Shown piece after piece: positions 42,742 to 53,638 of a DNA stretch of 64,000 bases. Position 1 is the first letter of the stretch, and each line of letters begins with the position of its first letter. Location of the stretch: NCBI GenBank assembly GCA_028282885.1, contig JANQGX010000089.1:18301-82300 (forward strand), read 5' to 3'. This DNA is from SAR324 cluster bacterium. GTDB taxonomy: Bacteria; SAR324; XYD2-FULL-50-16. The notes below the pieces were generated by a model. The model was not told where the DNA came from and did no database searches. It was given only the letters and a program-made list of their open reading frames with translations. Both the position numbers and the translations under genes were made by a program.

Positions 42742-44505
42742 TTAGTTGTCTTGATTTTGTACTGGGAAAGAAACACAGACCCTTAACCCTTTTTCCTGGG
42801 AAACGGTCAACTGACCGTTAAGCTGATCCTCTGCCAGCATTTTTACCAGTTTAAATCCCAGTGTTTCAGCATTTTCTATCTCTATGTTCTCGGGAAGACC
42901 CGATCCATCGTCTTCAACAGTTAGTATGGCCTCCCGGTTGCCTTTTCGATGCAGAGATATGGTGAGAATGCCATTATTTTTTCCTTGAAATGCGTGTTTC
43001 AGGGCGTTAACCACCAACTCATTGACAATCAATCCGCAAGAAATACAGGTATCCAAATCGATGTTCAATGGTTTGATATCAAAATCCACAGTTACAGTTG
43101 CCGCTATGTTTGCGTATATGTGTGAAATGTAACCGATCAGTTCTTCAAAATAGGCCTTGATATCCAGCTTGTTGAGGTTTTCCGATCGATAAAGGGTTTC
43201 ATGCACCAAGGCGATGGAATTGATTCGGTTTATGGAGTCCTGGAACACCTGCTCGGGATCATCCCTGTTGATATGTACAGACTGAAGGCTCAGCAGGCTC
43301 TGAATCATCTGCAGGTTGTTTTTCACCCTGTGATGGATTTCCCTGAGCAGAACATTTTTTTCCTCCAGCGAGGAAATCAAATCAGTCTCAGCCCGTTTTC
43401 TCTCGGTAATATCTTCTCCCGAACTGAGCGTTCCTGTTACCCGACCTTTTTTATCCTTGAGTACGGTGTGATGCCATGCAATCAATTTTTTTCCGCCATC
43501 TTTGCACAGGACCTGGTTTTCTGCATATTCGGTGTGAGTAACCTCTCCGTTTATTACCCGGAAAAAAACCTCTTCAATTCTATCCCTGTTCTTGGCCGGA
43601 ACAAAGTGGTCAAACCAGTTTTTCCCGACCACCTCCGACTCATCATACCCCAGCAAACTGCACCCTTTTGTATTGATAAGTCTGACCTTCTTATCGCTAT
43701 CAATAGCAAGCATCATAACGCCCGAGATATCCAGGTAGGTTTGCGCCCTGTCCCTTTCTTCAACCAGCTTTGATTCCGCCTTCAACCTCCTTTGCACTTC
43801 CCGATCCAACTCATCTCGTGACGCCGTGATAGTTTTAATATCTTCGATCATCTTTCTGAACGAATGTGCTAACTGTCCGATTTCATCATTGCTACTCACG
43901 TTTATGGGCGTGTCAAACTTTCCGGAACCAATTTTGCGTGCTGAATTTTCCAGTTCCAGCAACGGCAGGAAAATGTATTTCCTGCTGGTGATGACGACGG
44001 TAATAGCCACTGCACCGACCAACAGAATGACAAGGGCGAGATTGACAGCACTGTCCCTGAAGATTCTGTTCCGGGCATGTTTTCGGGTTAATACGAGTCT
44101 TATTGTGCCAATATTAAAATTGTTATATATGACAGTGTTTTCTCTGGTGATGTAGGTATCAGAGTTCTTGAAAAACTGAAAACTCCGGGTTTTTGTTTTA
44201 TCACGCGATCTGGCTTTTATCGCCTTGTCTCCCGACAACACACCAACATAGACAATATCTTTGTATAGAAAAAGAGAATCAACAAAATCATTGATATATT
44301 CGTAATTGTATTGCCAGAGAGCACTGGTCAGGCTGGTGGTCGCCAACTCGGAGATGTCATTCATCTGGCTGGTCAACTCCTCTTCCAGGCTATTAAGGCT
44401 GAAAGTCAGATAACTGACTGTAAATACGACGACAATAAACGCTGCAACCAATGCCAAAAGTGCGACAAACCGTTTTTGAATGCTCCCCCGTTTAACTCGC
44501 GCCAT
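42742..44505 (-). CDS. Membrane HAMP-PAS-HisKA_2 histidine kinase
   Basis: Two TMs, [17 protein letters not shown] and NALKHAF. Confidence 0.92.
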   Translation of the reverse strand: MARVKRGSIQKRFVALLALVAAFIVVVFTVSYLTFSLNSLEEELTSQMNDISELATTSLTSALWQYNYEYINDFVDSLFLYKDIVYVGVLSGDKAIKARSRDKTKTRSFQFFKNSDTYITRENTVIYNNFNIGTIRLVLTRKHARNRIFRDSAVNLALVILLVGAVAITVVITSRKYIFLPLLELENSARKIGSGKFDTPINVSSNDEIGQLAHSFRKMIEDIKTITASRDELDREVQRRLKAESKLVEERDRAQTYLDISGVMMLAIDSDKKVRLINTKGCSLLGYDESEVVGKNWFDHFVPAKNRDRIEEVFFRVINGEVTHTEYAENQVLCKDGGKKLIAWHHTVLKDKKGRVTGTLSSGEDITERKRAETDLISSLEEKNVLLREIHHRVKNNLQMIQSLLSLQSVHINRDDPEQVFQDSINRINSIALVHETLYRSENLNKLDIKAYFEELIGYISHIYANIAATVTVDFDIKPLNIDLDTCISCGLIVNELVVNALKHAFQGKNNGILTISLHRKGNREAILTVEDDGSGLPENIEIENAETLGFKLVKMLAEDQLNGQLTVSQEKGLRVCVSFPVQNQDN

Positions 44506-44562
44506 GAACCCCTTGAATTATTTTCCAGTACTGTCCTAAAAACCAAGACAAGATTTTCCCCA

Positions 44563-44577
44563 CGGCACCACTCTTGC
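44563..44577 (+). promoter_or_regulatory. Possible sigma54 -24/-12 promoter
   Basis: CGGCACCACTCTTGC fits GG-N10-GC with GGCAC and TTGC. It lies ~400 bp upstream of the SBP gene. Confidence 0.3.
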
Positions 44578-44973
44578 CTATGCCTGCTGGTGATTCGTTG
44601 AATGACTGATGCTCAGACGGAACTATCGATTTTGATGACATTGATTTTATTGGTTTTTTATGATATTTCAACAGAATTTTCGCCTTCAACATCAGAACAA
44701 GAACCAGATTCAGGATGGTTTTATATTGTTTCAAACTCTCACTATAGCTTCGATACGGTTTGAACACGGACTTTGAACCAAAATTTTAGCTGATTCCAAC
44801 CTGATTTACAATAAATAATCGATTCTATAAAATGTACTTTCACGTCCAAAGAAATTAAATATTGAATAACATCGTAGTTGTATGAGAGAATAAATCACGA
44901 AAAATACTTCACTATTCAGTCTTTTTTCTGTATCTGAGACGATTTATCGAATGAATCAGACAGACGTTAAATC

Positions 44974-46482
44974 ATGAACTATCCAGATTTCAACCCCGAA
45001 TCCAGATACGAGAAACTGGTTTTGCTAAACTGTCTCTCAATGCCGATAATCTGTTTTGCCCTCCTGATCATCATAATTGCAGCTCATCTCGAAGGTTCAG
45101 AGATGAGGACAATCAGACTGACCAGCGGTGAATGGCCGCCCTATACATCAGCTAGTCTAAAACACTACGGCATCATTTCCCAAATTGTCTCCGAGGCTTA
45201 CGCAAAGGAAGGATATTTGGTGGACTTTGACTTTTACCCTGGGATCAGGAGCCTCAAGCAAGCAAAATTGAAATCCTGGGACGGTTCTCTGCCCTGGCAA
45301 CCGACTAAAGAGCGCGAGGCCGAGTTTTTGTTCAGTAATCCGGTTCTGACATCCCGAAATGTATTCTTTCACCGCAAGGACCGGGACTTCCAATGGAAAA
45401 AACTGGCAGACCTGAAAGGGCTAAAAATTGGTACTGCAAAAGGTTATGCATACTCTTCCGGATTCAGAAAATCAGTTAACAAGATCGGGATCAATCTGAT
45501 TGACAGTGATTCCGACCTTGTTAACATGAAACTCTTGTTGGATGGGCGGATCGATCTTCTTTTATGTGACATCAATGTTGGCTTATTCCTGTTGGCAAAC
45601 CATTTTAAACCGCAGAAAGCTCAAACTATCACTTACAACTCCAGAGATGTTTTTCAAGTTCCATTGTCACTCGTCTTCCCGAAAAACAACCGACGCAGTT
45701 CTCAACTGAAAGTGGCCTTCAACAATGGTCTGGCAAAGCTAAAAAATTCAGGTAAATACAATACTATACTATCACCGGTGGAAAATGATAAACCTCTGTT
45801 GGTCGCGCTGTCCCATTGGCCTCCTTGGAAAATCACCCGTGGGGGAAAATTCACCGGGATAGATGTGGAAATACTGAAGTCCATCTCAAAGCGTACAGGT
45901 ATCCGTTTCGAATACAGGGAATGCCCGTGGAAACGTTGTATTGAACTGGTTGGCAATGGAAAAGCTGATCTGATCACCAGTTTTGGAAAGACACCCAAGA
46001 GGGAGAAGATCGTCTATTACATCGAACCTCCTTACACTCTCAGCACGGTCGTCTTTTACAGGAAAAAGGGGAGTCCTGTAGAGATCAGCGACTATGATCA
46101 GTTACGGAATTATAAGATCGGAGTAATCAAGGGATCGGTCTATTTTGATCACTTTGATAAGGATGATAGCCTTAATAAAACAGCTGTAACCAGGAAGTAT
46201 CAACTGATTAACATGCTTTTATCAGAGAGGATCGATCTGATTGTTGGTTATGAATATCCCACCGACTACTCCATCGCTCTTATGGGTAAATCGGACCAAC
46301 TTGAAAAACTGAGCTTCAATGTCAAAGGCGTTTCCGAATCGTATTTTGCCATCTCAAAAAAGTCATCAGCATTAAAATCAGCGCCAGTTTTGGGTGCAGC
46401 CCTTCACAGGATGGTTCAACAAAATGAGGTACGGACCATTATCAAAACCTATCTGCGGAATCTGCCTGCAGACAAGGAATAA
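44974..46482 (+). CDS. Tandem SBP_bac_3 (family 3) substrate-binding protein
   Basis: Two repeats starting EWPPY and HWPPW, each with RIDL and A...L...G-like ends. N-terminal hydrophobic helix. Confidence 0.88.
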   Translation: MNYPDFNPESRYEKLVLLNCLSMPIICFALLIIIIAAHLEGSEMRTIRLTSGEWPPYTSASLKHYGIISQIVSEAYAKEGYLVDFDFYPGIRSLKQAKLKSWDGSLPWQPTKEREAEFLFSNPVLTSRNVFFHRKDRDFQWKKLADLKGLKIGTAKGYAYSSGFRKSVNKIGINLIDSDSDLVNMKLLLDGRIDLLLCDINVGLFLLANHFKPQKAQTITYNSRDVFQVPLSLVFPKNNRRSSQLKVAFNNGLAKLKNSGKYNTILSPVENDKPLLVALSHWPPWKITRGGKFTGIDVEILKSISKRTGIRFEYRECPWKRCIELVGNGKADLITSFGKTPKREKIVYYIEPPYTLSTVVFYRKKGSPVEISDYDQLRNYKIGVIKGSVYFDHFDKDDSLNKTAVTRKYQLINMLLSERIDLIVGYEYPTDYSIALMGKSDQLEKLSFNVKGVSESYFAISKKSSALKSAPVLGAALHRMVQQNEVRTIIKTYLRNLPADKE

Positions 46483-46630
46483 CCTGTTAAACCGACTCCC
46501 GGACTTTCATATCAACTTATGCCGGGTTCAAAGGTTTTGTTGGCCTGAAACTGATCGATCAATTTCGTCAGTTCCTCGCGAGAGCCCAGCTTTTTGAAGA
46601 ATGCTGCGTTTTTAAATCCGGACGCTTTAC

Positions 46631-47018
46631 TCAACATCTCGGCTTGAGGATCATTTCAGTATCCAGGCCAACCGTATCTATGCAATAGCCTGCTGCCCGG
46701 AAATGATTCCCCCCAATACTGCTTTTCCTTCCGTTGACGAAACTTGTTAAAGACTCGAATGGCTGTTCTTCCCTTAACTATTCCAACATAACTGGAAATT
46801 GATATTTTGGGAGGAGTCACGACCACCAAGTGTATATGATCAATTTGGACATTAAGTTCAACAACTTCACATCCTTTTTGATCTGAAAACATTTTTATGC
46901 ACCTGGATACTTCATTGGCCAGTTTGCCTTTCAGTATCCGATATCTATATTTCGGTACCCGAACTATATGGTGCTGGCAATGCCAAATGGTTTGTGATAA
47001 TTTTCCAAAGCGGCTCAT
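46631..47018 (-). pseudogene. tnpA: IS200/IS605 Y1 transposase, frameshifted and 3'-truncated
   Basis: HIVRVPKYR, HUH motif DHIH, and KGRTA. An extra G in the G6 run (46709-46714) breaks YWG/NHFRAAGYCIDTVGLDTEMI. The catalytic-Tyr helix is missing before TGA. Confidence 0.88.
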
Positions 47019-47127
47019 TGATTAGCTCCATAGTTAGAGTTGCGGGAACAACTTAACTACTGGATCTATCATTGAGTCGTCCAAAAGGCAAAGCCTATGG
47101 ACTCTGCCCCCGTCCAGAGGACGGGGG
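46631..47127 (-). mobile_element. IS200/IS605-family remnant with left-end hairpin
   Basis: tnpA relic, a perfect hairpin CCCCCGTCC-AGA-GGACGGGGG (47107-47127), and a second hairpin at 47031-47059 next to the RBS. No right end or tnpB seen. Confidence 0.75.
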
Positions 47128-47152
47128 AAATCGTTTTCGATTGCGGATCAGG

Positions 47153-47866
47153 CTACTTTCCGAATACCAGATATCCACCCACATGTCCCAATGTAGCCAG
47201 CATAAACATGGCTGACCCCATCAAAACAAAATAGACAAACGTTACCGGTATCATAACCGGATTCTCGAAGGGTATCACCCCTGCCGTAAATACAACCGGA
47301 TGCAGGATCAATATAACAATTCCAATCCCGATAAACAGTCCGGATAACACCAGTTTCAGTGTTATCACCCTATAGGGTCTCCCCCCGTATCGTTGTTTCC
47401 AATCGAGGAAACCGGTCAGAAAGGTGAATCCCGATGACAGCACGGCTATAAACAGAAAAATCCAGGTAATGTTATCAAGGACGGGTGAAATATCCCTGCA
47501 GAATCCGCATTCAAGGGAGTTGGTTCCTGAAGCTTTAATATAAGCGGACGCAATCGTAATGATCAATGCACCCAGAAAGGCTAATGGAAACAGCCCAATC
47601 GGGAAATGCGTGGCAAGGGGATGTAACCGTTTTTTAGGTTGTGCTCGATTGATTTCAACATCGTTCACTATGGGAATCGAATGACCATAGGTCTCATGAA
47701 GTTCGATGACAACCCCACACAGCGGGCAAACCAAGTTGCCATTGACGTCGACATCATAATAGGACAGTTCCAGGTGGCAAACGGGGCAGAAGAAGGTTTT
47801 TCCATACAATCGTTTCTTGAACCCCCCCACAAATTTGTCCACCAGTTTCATTAAGTCGCTTATCAT
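47153..47866 (-). CDS. Zinc-ribbon (CxxC..CxxC) + DUF2231-like membrane protein
   Basis: CPVC...CPLC, LHPLATHFPIG, TGFLDW and LGHVGGYLVFG, with four TMs. GGGAGGT RBS. Confidence 0.78.
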   Translation of the reverse strand: MISDLMKLVDKFVGGFKKRLYGKTFFCPVCHLELSYYDVDVNGNLVCPLCGVVIELHETYGHSIPIVNDVEINRAQPKKRLHPLATHFPIGLFPLAFLGALIITIASAYIKASGTNSLECGFCRDISPVLDNITWIFLFIAVLSSGFTFLTGFLDWKQRYGGRPYRVITLKLVLSGLFIGIGIVILILHPVVFTAGVIPFENPVMIPVTFVYFVLMGSAMFMLATLGHVGGYLVFGK

Positions 47867-47890
47867 TATACCTCCCGAGGTCAGAATTAA

Positions 47891-49027
47891 TTAGTGGACT
47901 TCTTTAGTACGCATGAGCTTTGCTACGATAATCATCTTCTGGATTTCGGCAGCGCCTTCGTAAATCTGGTAGATTTTAGCATCCCTGAGTAGCTTTTCAG
48001 CCGGCATCTCATTGGTGTAACCGTAACCACCAAGGATCTGACAGCACTCCACAGCCGCCCACATGGCTACTTCACCGGCATACCATTTGGCTTGGGCAGC
48101 CTGGCGGGCGTTGTCCTGCCCCTTGTCAAAAAGATCGGCGGACAGATAGGTCATATATCGTGAAGCATCCAGTTTGGTAACCATATCTGCCAATTTGAAC
48201 GAAACTCCCTGGTTTGAGATCAACTTCTTATCAAAGCTCCTTCTCCCCTTGGCATAGGTGAGAGCGATATTCAATGCGGCCTTGGTGATGCCGTTTGCCC
48301 CGGAGGCAATACCGGGACGGGTATGATCGAAGGTTTTCATCGCTATTTTAAAACCATCGCCCTCTTCACCCAGTCGGTATTCCTGGGGGACCTTCACATC
48401 TTCAAAGGTAACCCTTACCGTGTTGGACGCATGCTGACCCAGGTTTTGCTCCTTGATGCCCCGGACGATTCCATCGGTGTCTGCGGGCACCACAAATCCG
48501 GTGGGCTTATCTCCCACCCTTGCCAAAACAAAATACCAGCTGGCAACAGAACCACAGGTGATCCACCATTTGACACCATTGATGACATAATCGTTGCCTA
48601 TTTTCTCGGCAGTGGTTTTGATGCGGGATACGTCCGATCCGGCTTCAGGCTCCGTTACACAATAGGCTGAGAACATTAACTCCTGGGTCATCGGTTCCAG
48701 GAACTTCTTTTTCTGATAGTCGTTACCTGCAAAAATAACCGGGTATTGTGAAAGTCCATTGGATCCAAGGGCGGTTCCAATGCCTGTGCAGCCCGTACCG
48801 ATCTCCTCCATGACCAGACAATGATTCAACACCGGCTCTTCCAATCCTCCATATTCTTTAGGGATATGCGGATTCATAAAACCCTGTTTGAAAGCCTCCG
48901 CACAGATAGCTTTGGGGAACTCGCCGGTTCGATCATGTTCAGCGGCGTTAGGCGATATCCACTCTTTTGTAAATGCTCTGGCTTTCTCAACCAGTTCCTT
49001 CTGTTCCTTGGTTAAACTGAATTCCAT
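47891..49027 (-). CDS. Acyl-CoA dehydrogenase
   Basis: YCVTEPEAGSD, INGVKWWIT, QILGGYGY and IYEGAAEIQK (catalytic Glu). Confidence 0.95.
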   Translation of the reverse strand: MEFSLTKEQKELVEKARAFTKEWISPNAAEHDRTGEFPKAICAEAFKQGFMNPHIPKEYGGLEEPVLNHCLVMEEIGTGCTGIGTALGSNGLSQYPVIFAGNDYQKKKFLEPMTQELMFSAYCVTEPEAGSDVSRIKTTAEKIGNDYVINGVKWWITCGSVASWYFVLARVGDKPTGFVVPADTDGIVRGIKEQNLGQHASNTVRVTFEDVKVPQEYRLGEEGDGFKIAMKTFDHTRPGIASGANGITKAALNIALTYAKGRRSFDKKLISNQGVSFKLADMVTKLDASRYMTYLSADLFDKGQDNARQAAQAKWYAGEVAMWAAVECCQILGGYGYTNEMPAEKLLRDAKIYQIYEGAAEIQKMIIVAKLMRTKEVH

Positions 49028-49028
49028 T

Positions 49029-49577
49029 TTATCTCTCCGTTAACAGGTCTATGTATTTTGGTTCTTCTTTTCGTTGAGCGGCAGCAGTCACCAATATGTC
49101 GATGGGTTCCGGCTTCATCAGGTCCGGAACATAAGATGCCCGGCCCAGGGATTGACGACCCAGTGTTATTTTCAATCCGTATTTACCCAGAAGAAAAAGA
49201 ATGATGTTGTTCACAATTACAATCAAACCTCCAGTGAGTGACCATAACCCACTTTCTAATTCCGTCAGGTGAAGGAGCAACAGCTCGATGCCCAATACCG
49301 GAACAAGCAGTAATGAAAGAATGAGTTTTACTTTGTGGGTGGAATGCCATTTGGCGTAAATGTGATTCCGTTCAAACACACCGGTGAGAACAGAGGGAAT
49401 TGCTGCAAGCAACATGATAATAATGGACAAATAGACCAGGTAACTCCAGGTAGCCTGGTCAAAAGAGAGGAAATTCAGTTGTAGACTGAAGAATATATAG
49501 GCAATTGCGGCCACAGGGGATAAAGCTGCTACCACATGCACGATCATGGAGTGTAGATGCAATTTTTGCGTCGCCAT
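49029..49577 (-). CDS. DUF2231-like four-TM membrane protein
   Basis: LHSMIVH (H-x4-H as in HPLATH), LTG, K.KLILS and LGKYG. Similar layout to 47153..47866. Confidence 0.7.
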   Translation of the reverse strand: MATQKLHLHSMIVHVVAALSPVAAIAYIFFSLQLNFLSFDQATWSYLVYLSIIIMLLAAIPSVLTGVFERNHIYAKWHSTHKVKLILSLLLVPVLGIELLLLHLTELESGLWSLTGGLIVIVNNIILFLLGKYGLKITLGRQSLGRASYVPDLMKPEPIDILVTAAAQRKEEPKYIDLLTER

Positions 49578-50093
49578 TGAGTCCTCTTTAATGGTTGATC
49601 AACTTGATTCAAGAAAATGATGATTGGATAAGGCAGATTTGAATTCGGCGTTGTGATGCCGTTGCAGGAACCTTCGATTATATCATGGCTAATTCGGAAT
49701 TGGCTTTTTACCCCTTTTTTCCAGTCTTTCTGATCCACTATTTCAGGAAAAGTATATTCCGGTCAAAAACAAAAGTCCTTGCGAACGCTCGTTCTTAATT
49801 CAAACAAGGCTTTTTGCCCTTGTTTTCGGCTCTTCACAAAATTCAATCGATATTATTGAACCAATCACTAAAGTGTGAGGTGATACAGCAAAATAGGGGA
49901 AAATATTCTCTTTTTTTGTCGATCATTATGTATTAAACTGATGTCCAGATCTACTTGCCTTTTTAACAAAATCCGGCTGGGGTTATTATTCGTTTAATTA
50001 AGTTTTCAACCCAGGGCAAGAGTTTTATCAGGTCACTATTCATCACACACTAGATAACGATATCCGTATATCAATTCAGCTAAAGGTGATGCC

Positions 50094-53000
50094 ATGATTC
50101 CGCAAGACCCAAACAAGAACGATAGTGATAATCGGTTGTCAGAAATATCCAGTTCCAATTCACCTTCGCATTATGTTGGTATCGGCGCTTCGGCCGGGGG
50201 ACTTGAAGCAATCGAAGAATTTTTCAAACAGATGCCGCCACGTACGGGTTTGGCTTTCGTGGTCATCCAACATCTATCACCGGATTACAAAAGCCTGATG
50301 GGAGAACTGCTGGCCAAGCATACGGAAATTCCTATCTACAAGGCTGAAAACGGAATGATTGTTGAGACCGATTCAATTTATCTGATTCCACCCAAAAAAA
50401 ACCTGACCATTTTCCATGGTAAACTGATTCTGACCGAACAGGATCATTCACAGGGAATCAATCTCCCCATAGACGTCTTTCTAAAATCCCTTGCCGATGA
50501 TCAGGCTGAAAAAGCTATAGCTGTTATTCTATCGGGTACGGGGAGCGATGGAACCCGCGGTGTCAGAGCCATTAAAGAATCCGGGGGTATGGTCATGGTG
50601 CAGGATGAGGATTCCGCCAAATTTGACGGCATGCCCCGAAGCGCATCCTCAACCGGATTAGCCGATTTTATCCTGGAACCCGGAGAAATGCCAAAACAAT
50701 TGCTGTCTTTCAGTAAGCATCCCTATGCAACCAAATCCGAGATATCCGATACCCTGCTTGGAGATGACGACGGACTGACCAGGCTGTTTGCATTGTTAAG
50801 AGATAAACATCGCATAGATTTCACCTACTACAAACCCAGTACAGTAGTGCGGCGGATTGAACGCCGAATGACCGTTAACCAGATTCACGAGTTGAGGGAC
50901 TATGTTAAATATATGGAAAGCTATCCCCGGGAGATTACCAATCTCTATCGTGAACTGCTGATCGGTGTCACCAGTTTCTTCAGGGATCCCGAAGCGTTTG
51001 CCACCTTGGCGGAGAAATGGATCCCGCAGATTATCAGTAATGCAAAAGAAGACCAAATCCGCTTCTGGGTTCCGGGCTGTTCAACCGGGGAAGAGGCATA
51101 CTCCCTCGCCATTCTCTGCCAGGAAGCCCAGAAACAGCTTTCAAAATCTGTTGATATCAAAATCTTTGCAACCGATATTGACGCCGAAGCAATCCAAAAA
51201 GCCGCAACAGGGATCTACCCTGAAAGTATCACTGCTGATCTGTCCCCCCATCTGCTGGCCCGGTATTTTTACAAACATGATGACTTGAGTTTTCACGTTT
51301 CAAGGAATATCCGGGAAATGGTGGTCTTCGCCAACCAGAATATCATCAAGGATCCACCGTTTACCAATATCAGCCTGGTTAGCTGCCGAAACCTGATGAT
51401 CTACCTGCAGCCGGTTCTTCAGAAAAAAATCCTCCAGTTAATTAATTTTTCACTGCTCCCGGAAGGCATTCTTTTTTTGGGAACAAGTGAAACGACCGGC
51501 GAGATGACCGATTATTATGAGGCCCTGGATCACCGATGGAAAATATACTGCTCAAAAGGGCGGCAGAATCGGGTTATTCCCAGAACGGTACTGGGTCCGG
51601 CAACTGACATCAGCGACCGACAATATATAGCCTCAGCGACCAGGTCTCAGACCGTCAGATTCCAGGAAGAGGAGCGTATCCTGGACAGGGTGCTGCAATC
51701 CATTGCCGGACACTATTTTACCTGCGCTCTCGTTGTTAATGAGAACGGAGAGCTGCTCCATATATTGGGGGATGCTGGCAAATACCTGAAGTTCCCTGCC
51801 GGAAGAGTTTTGAACAAAATCTCAAAAATCGCCATCAAAGAACTCTCTATTCCGCTTTCCACCGGTATCCAGAGAGTTCTTAAAAATAGAAAAGAGGAGC
51901 AGTACCCTCGTATCAGGCTCAATCAGGACGACAGCACTGCCATCATCCAGATACGCCTTTGTCCACTCCCCGGAAAAAGGAACCAGGAATCGCTGGTTTT
52001 GGTCCTGATCGATGAACTGAAAGAAGAGAGCAAGGAATCGGAACAGCCCCTTCCCGCCTTTAACCTGGGAGTGGAAGCAGAACAGCGGATTTATGACCTG
52101 GAGCAGGAACTACAGTTTTCAAAGGAAAATCTGCAGGCAACCATAGAAGAGCTGGAAACATCCAATGAAGAACTTCAGGCGACTAATGAGGAACTTTTAG
52201 CCAGTAACGAGGAACTGCAGAGCACCAACCAGGAACTGCAGTCGGTTAATGAGGAGTTATTTACGGTCAACGCAGAGTACCAGAAAAAGATTCTGGAACT
52301 CACCGAATCCAATAACGATGTTAATAACCTGCTCTCAAGTTCCGATGAGATCAAACTGTTTCTTGACGAAAATCTGGACATCCGGGTCTTCAATCCGGTA
52401 GCAAAACAGATCTTCAAACTGCTTCAATCGGACATCGGTCGTCCCTTTGGGCACATCTCCCACAATCTTAAGGATATGGATTTAATGGAGCTTGCTAATA
52501 AAGTCCTGAAGTCATCGGAGCCCATCCGAAAAGAGGTGGAAAATGACCTGGGTCAGACTTTCCTGATGCGTATCCTGCCCTATTATGTTTCTCAGCAATA
52601 CACCTCGGGTGTCTCTCTTAATTTTACGGATATAACCGAATTGAAAAAGGCTCAGGAAGAGATTAAGGAGCAGATTGAGACCTTAAAGATCAGTGAAGCA
52701 AAACACCGTATTCTGTTTGAATCCATGGCGCAGGGGGTTGTTTACCAGGATATTGGCGGTGATATTGTTGATGCCAACGACGCAGCCCAGAGAATCCTCG
52801 GTTTGGATCTGGACCAGATGAGGGGTCGAACGTCGATGGATCCACAATGGAAATCAATCCATGAGGACGGTTCCCATTTTCCGGGTGAGGAGCATCCGGC
52901 CATGGTGGCACTGGAGACAGGAGAGCCTGTCAATGATGTCATCATGGGGATTTATCATCCTGAAAAACAACAGCGCCGCTGGATAAAGATTAACGCGGTT

Positions 53001-53438
53001 CCCAAAAAGAATAAGGCAAACAACCAGCCCTTTCAGGTTTTTACGACCTTTGACGACATCACTGATCTCAAACAGAGTGAAAAAAAATATAAAGATTTAT
53101 TTGAAACCATGACCAACGGGTTTGCCTACCATAAAATCATCACCGATGAAGAGGGAGTTCCGGTCGATTATCTTTTTCTTGAGATTAATTCAACGTTTGA
53201 AAGCATGACAGGGCTTCATAAAAAAGATGTTGTTGGCAGGGAAGTGACCGAAATAATCCCAAATATCAAGGAAGATGAAATCGACTGGATAGCAAAATAT
53301 GGTAAAGTTGCCCTCACCGGAGAACCAGCCAGGTTCAAACAGTATTCCACAGTGTTGGAGAAATGGTTTTCAATCTCAGCCTACAGCCCTGTCAAGGAAT
53401 ACTTCGCAGTGTTAATCGAGTTGGTCGAAACGACGTAA
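50094..53438 (+). CDS. CheB-CheR fusion with coiled coil and PAS domains (no kinase domain)
   Basis: [44 protein letters not shown] repeats and C-terminal PAS domains. Confidence 0.93.
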   Translation: MIPQDPNKNDSDNRLSEISSSNSPSHYVGIGASAGGLEAIEEFFKQMPPRTGLAFVVIQHLSPDYKSLMGELLAKHTEIPIYKAENGMIVETDSIYLIPPKKNLTIFHGKLILTEQDHSQGINLPIDVFLKSLADDQAEKAIAVILSGTGSDGTRGVRAIKESGGMVMVQDEDSAKFDGMPRSASSTGLADFILEPGEMPKQLLSFSKHPYATKSEISDTLLGDDDGLTRLFALLRDKHRIDFTYYKPSTVVRRIERRMTVNQIHELRDYVKYMESYPREITNLYRELLIGVTSFFRDPEAFATLAEKWIPQIISNAKEDQIRFWVPGCSTGEEAYSLAILCQEAQKQLSKSVDIKIFATDIDAEAIQKAATGIYPESITADLSPHLLARYFYKHDDLSFHVSRNIREMVVFANQNIIKDPPFTNISLVSCRNLMIYLQPVLQKKILQLINFSLLPEGILFLGTSETTGEMTDYYEALDHRWKIYCSKGRQNRVIPRTVLGPATDISDRQYIASATRSQTVRFQEEERILDRVLQSIAGHYFTCALVVNENGELLHILGDAGKYLKFPAGRVLNKISKIAIKELSIPLSTGIQRVLKNRKEEQYPRIRLNQDDSTAIIQIRLCPLPGKRNQESLVLVLIDELKEESKESEQPLPAFNLGVEAEQRIYDLEQELQFSKENLQATIEELETSNEELQATNEELLASNEELQSTNQELQSVNEELFTVNAEYQKKILELTESNNDVNNLLSSSDEIKLFLDENLDIRVFNPVAKQIFKLLQSDIGRPFGHISHNLKDMDLMELANKVLKSSEPIRKEVENDLGQTFLMRILPYYVSQQYTSGVSLNFTDITELKKAQEEIKEQIETLKISEAKHRILFESMAQGVVYQDIGGDIVDANDAAQRILGLDLDQMRGRTSMDPQWKSIHEDGSHFPGEEHPAMVALETGEPVNDVIMGIYHPEKQQRRWIKINAVPKKNKANNQPFQVFTTFDDITDLKQSEKKYKDLFETMTNGFAYHKIITDEEGVPVDYLFLEINSTFESMTGLHKKDVVGREVTEIIPNIKEDEIDWIAKYGKVALTGEPARFKQYSTVLEKWFSISAYSPVKEYFAVLIELVETT

Positions 53439-53638
53439 TCGTTTATAGGATTACGCGGATCATTCTCTTGAAGCAATTTGAAGATTTGATTTTGCAGTTT
53501 TTTATGGCATACTAAACAAAGCTCTTTTCAGATTGAGAAACAGGTTTGACGAAATAGACTGTTCTTCTACTGGTAGTGATCATTGGAATCGGCCGCCATT
53601 TCTATTAAAATCAAAACTGGGCACACAAAGAATCAGGT

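Noticed and set aside
44492-44767. 91-aa minus-strand ORF upstream of the HAMP kinase
   Set aside because: TTG start in AT-rich promoter-like DNA with no recognisable features.
52100-52290. Short GAGGAACT/GAAGAGCT repeats as a CRISPR or tandem repeat
   Set aside because: They are codons for the NEELQ coiled-coil heptads within a CDS; the same applies at ~15930-16150.
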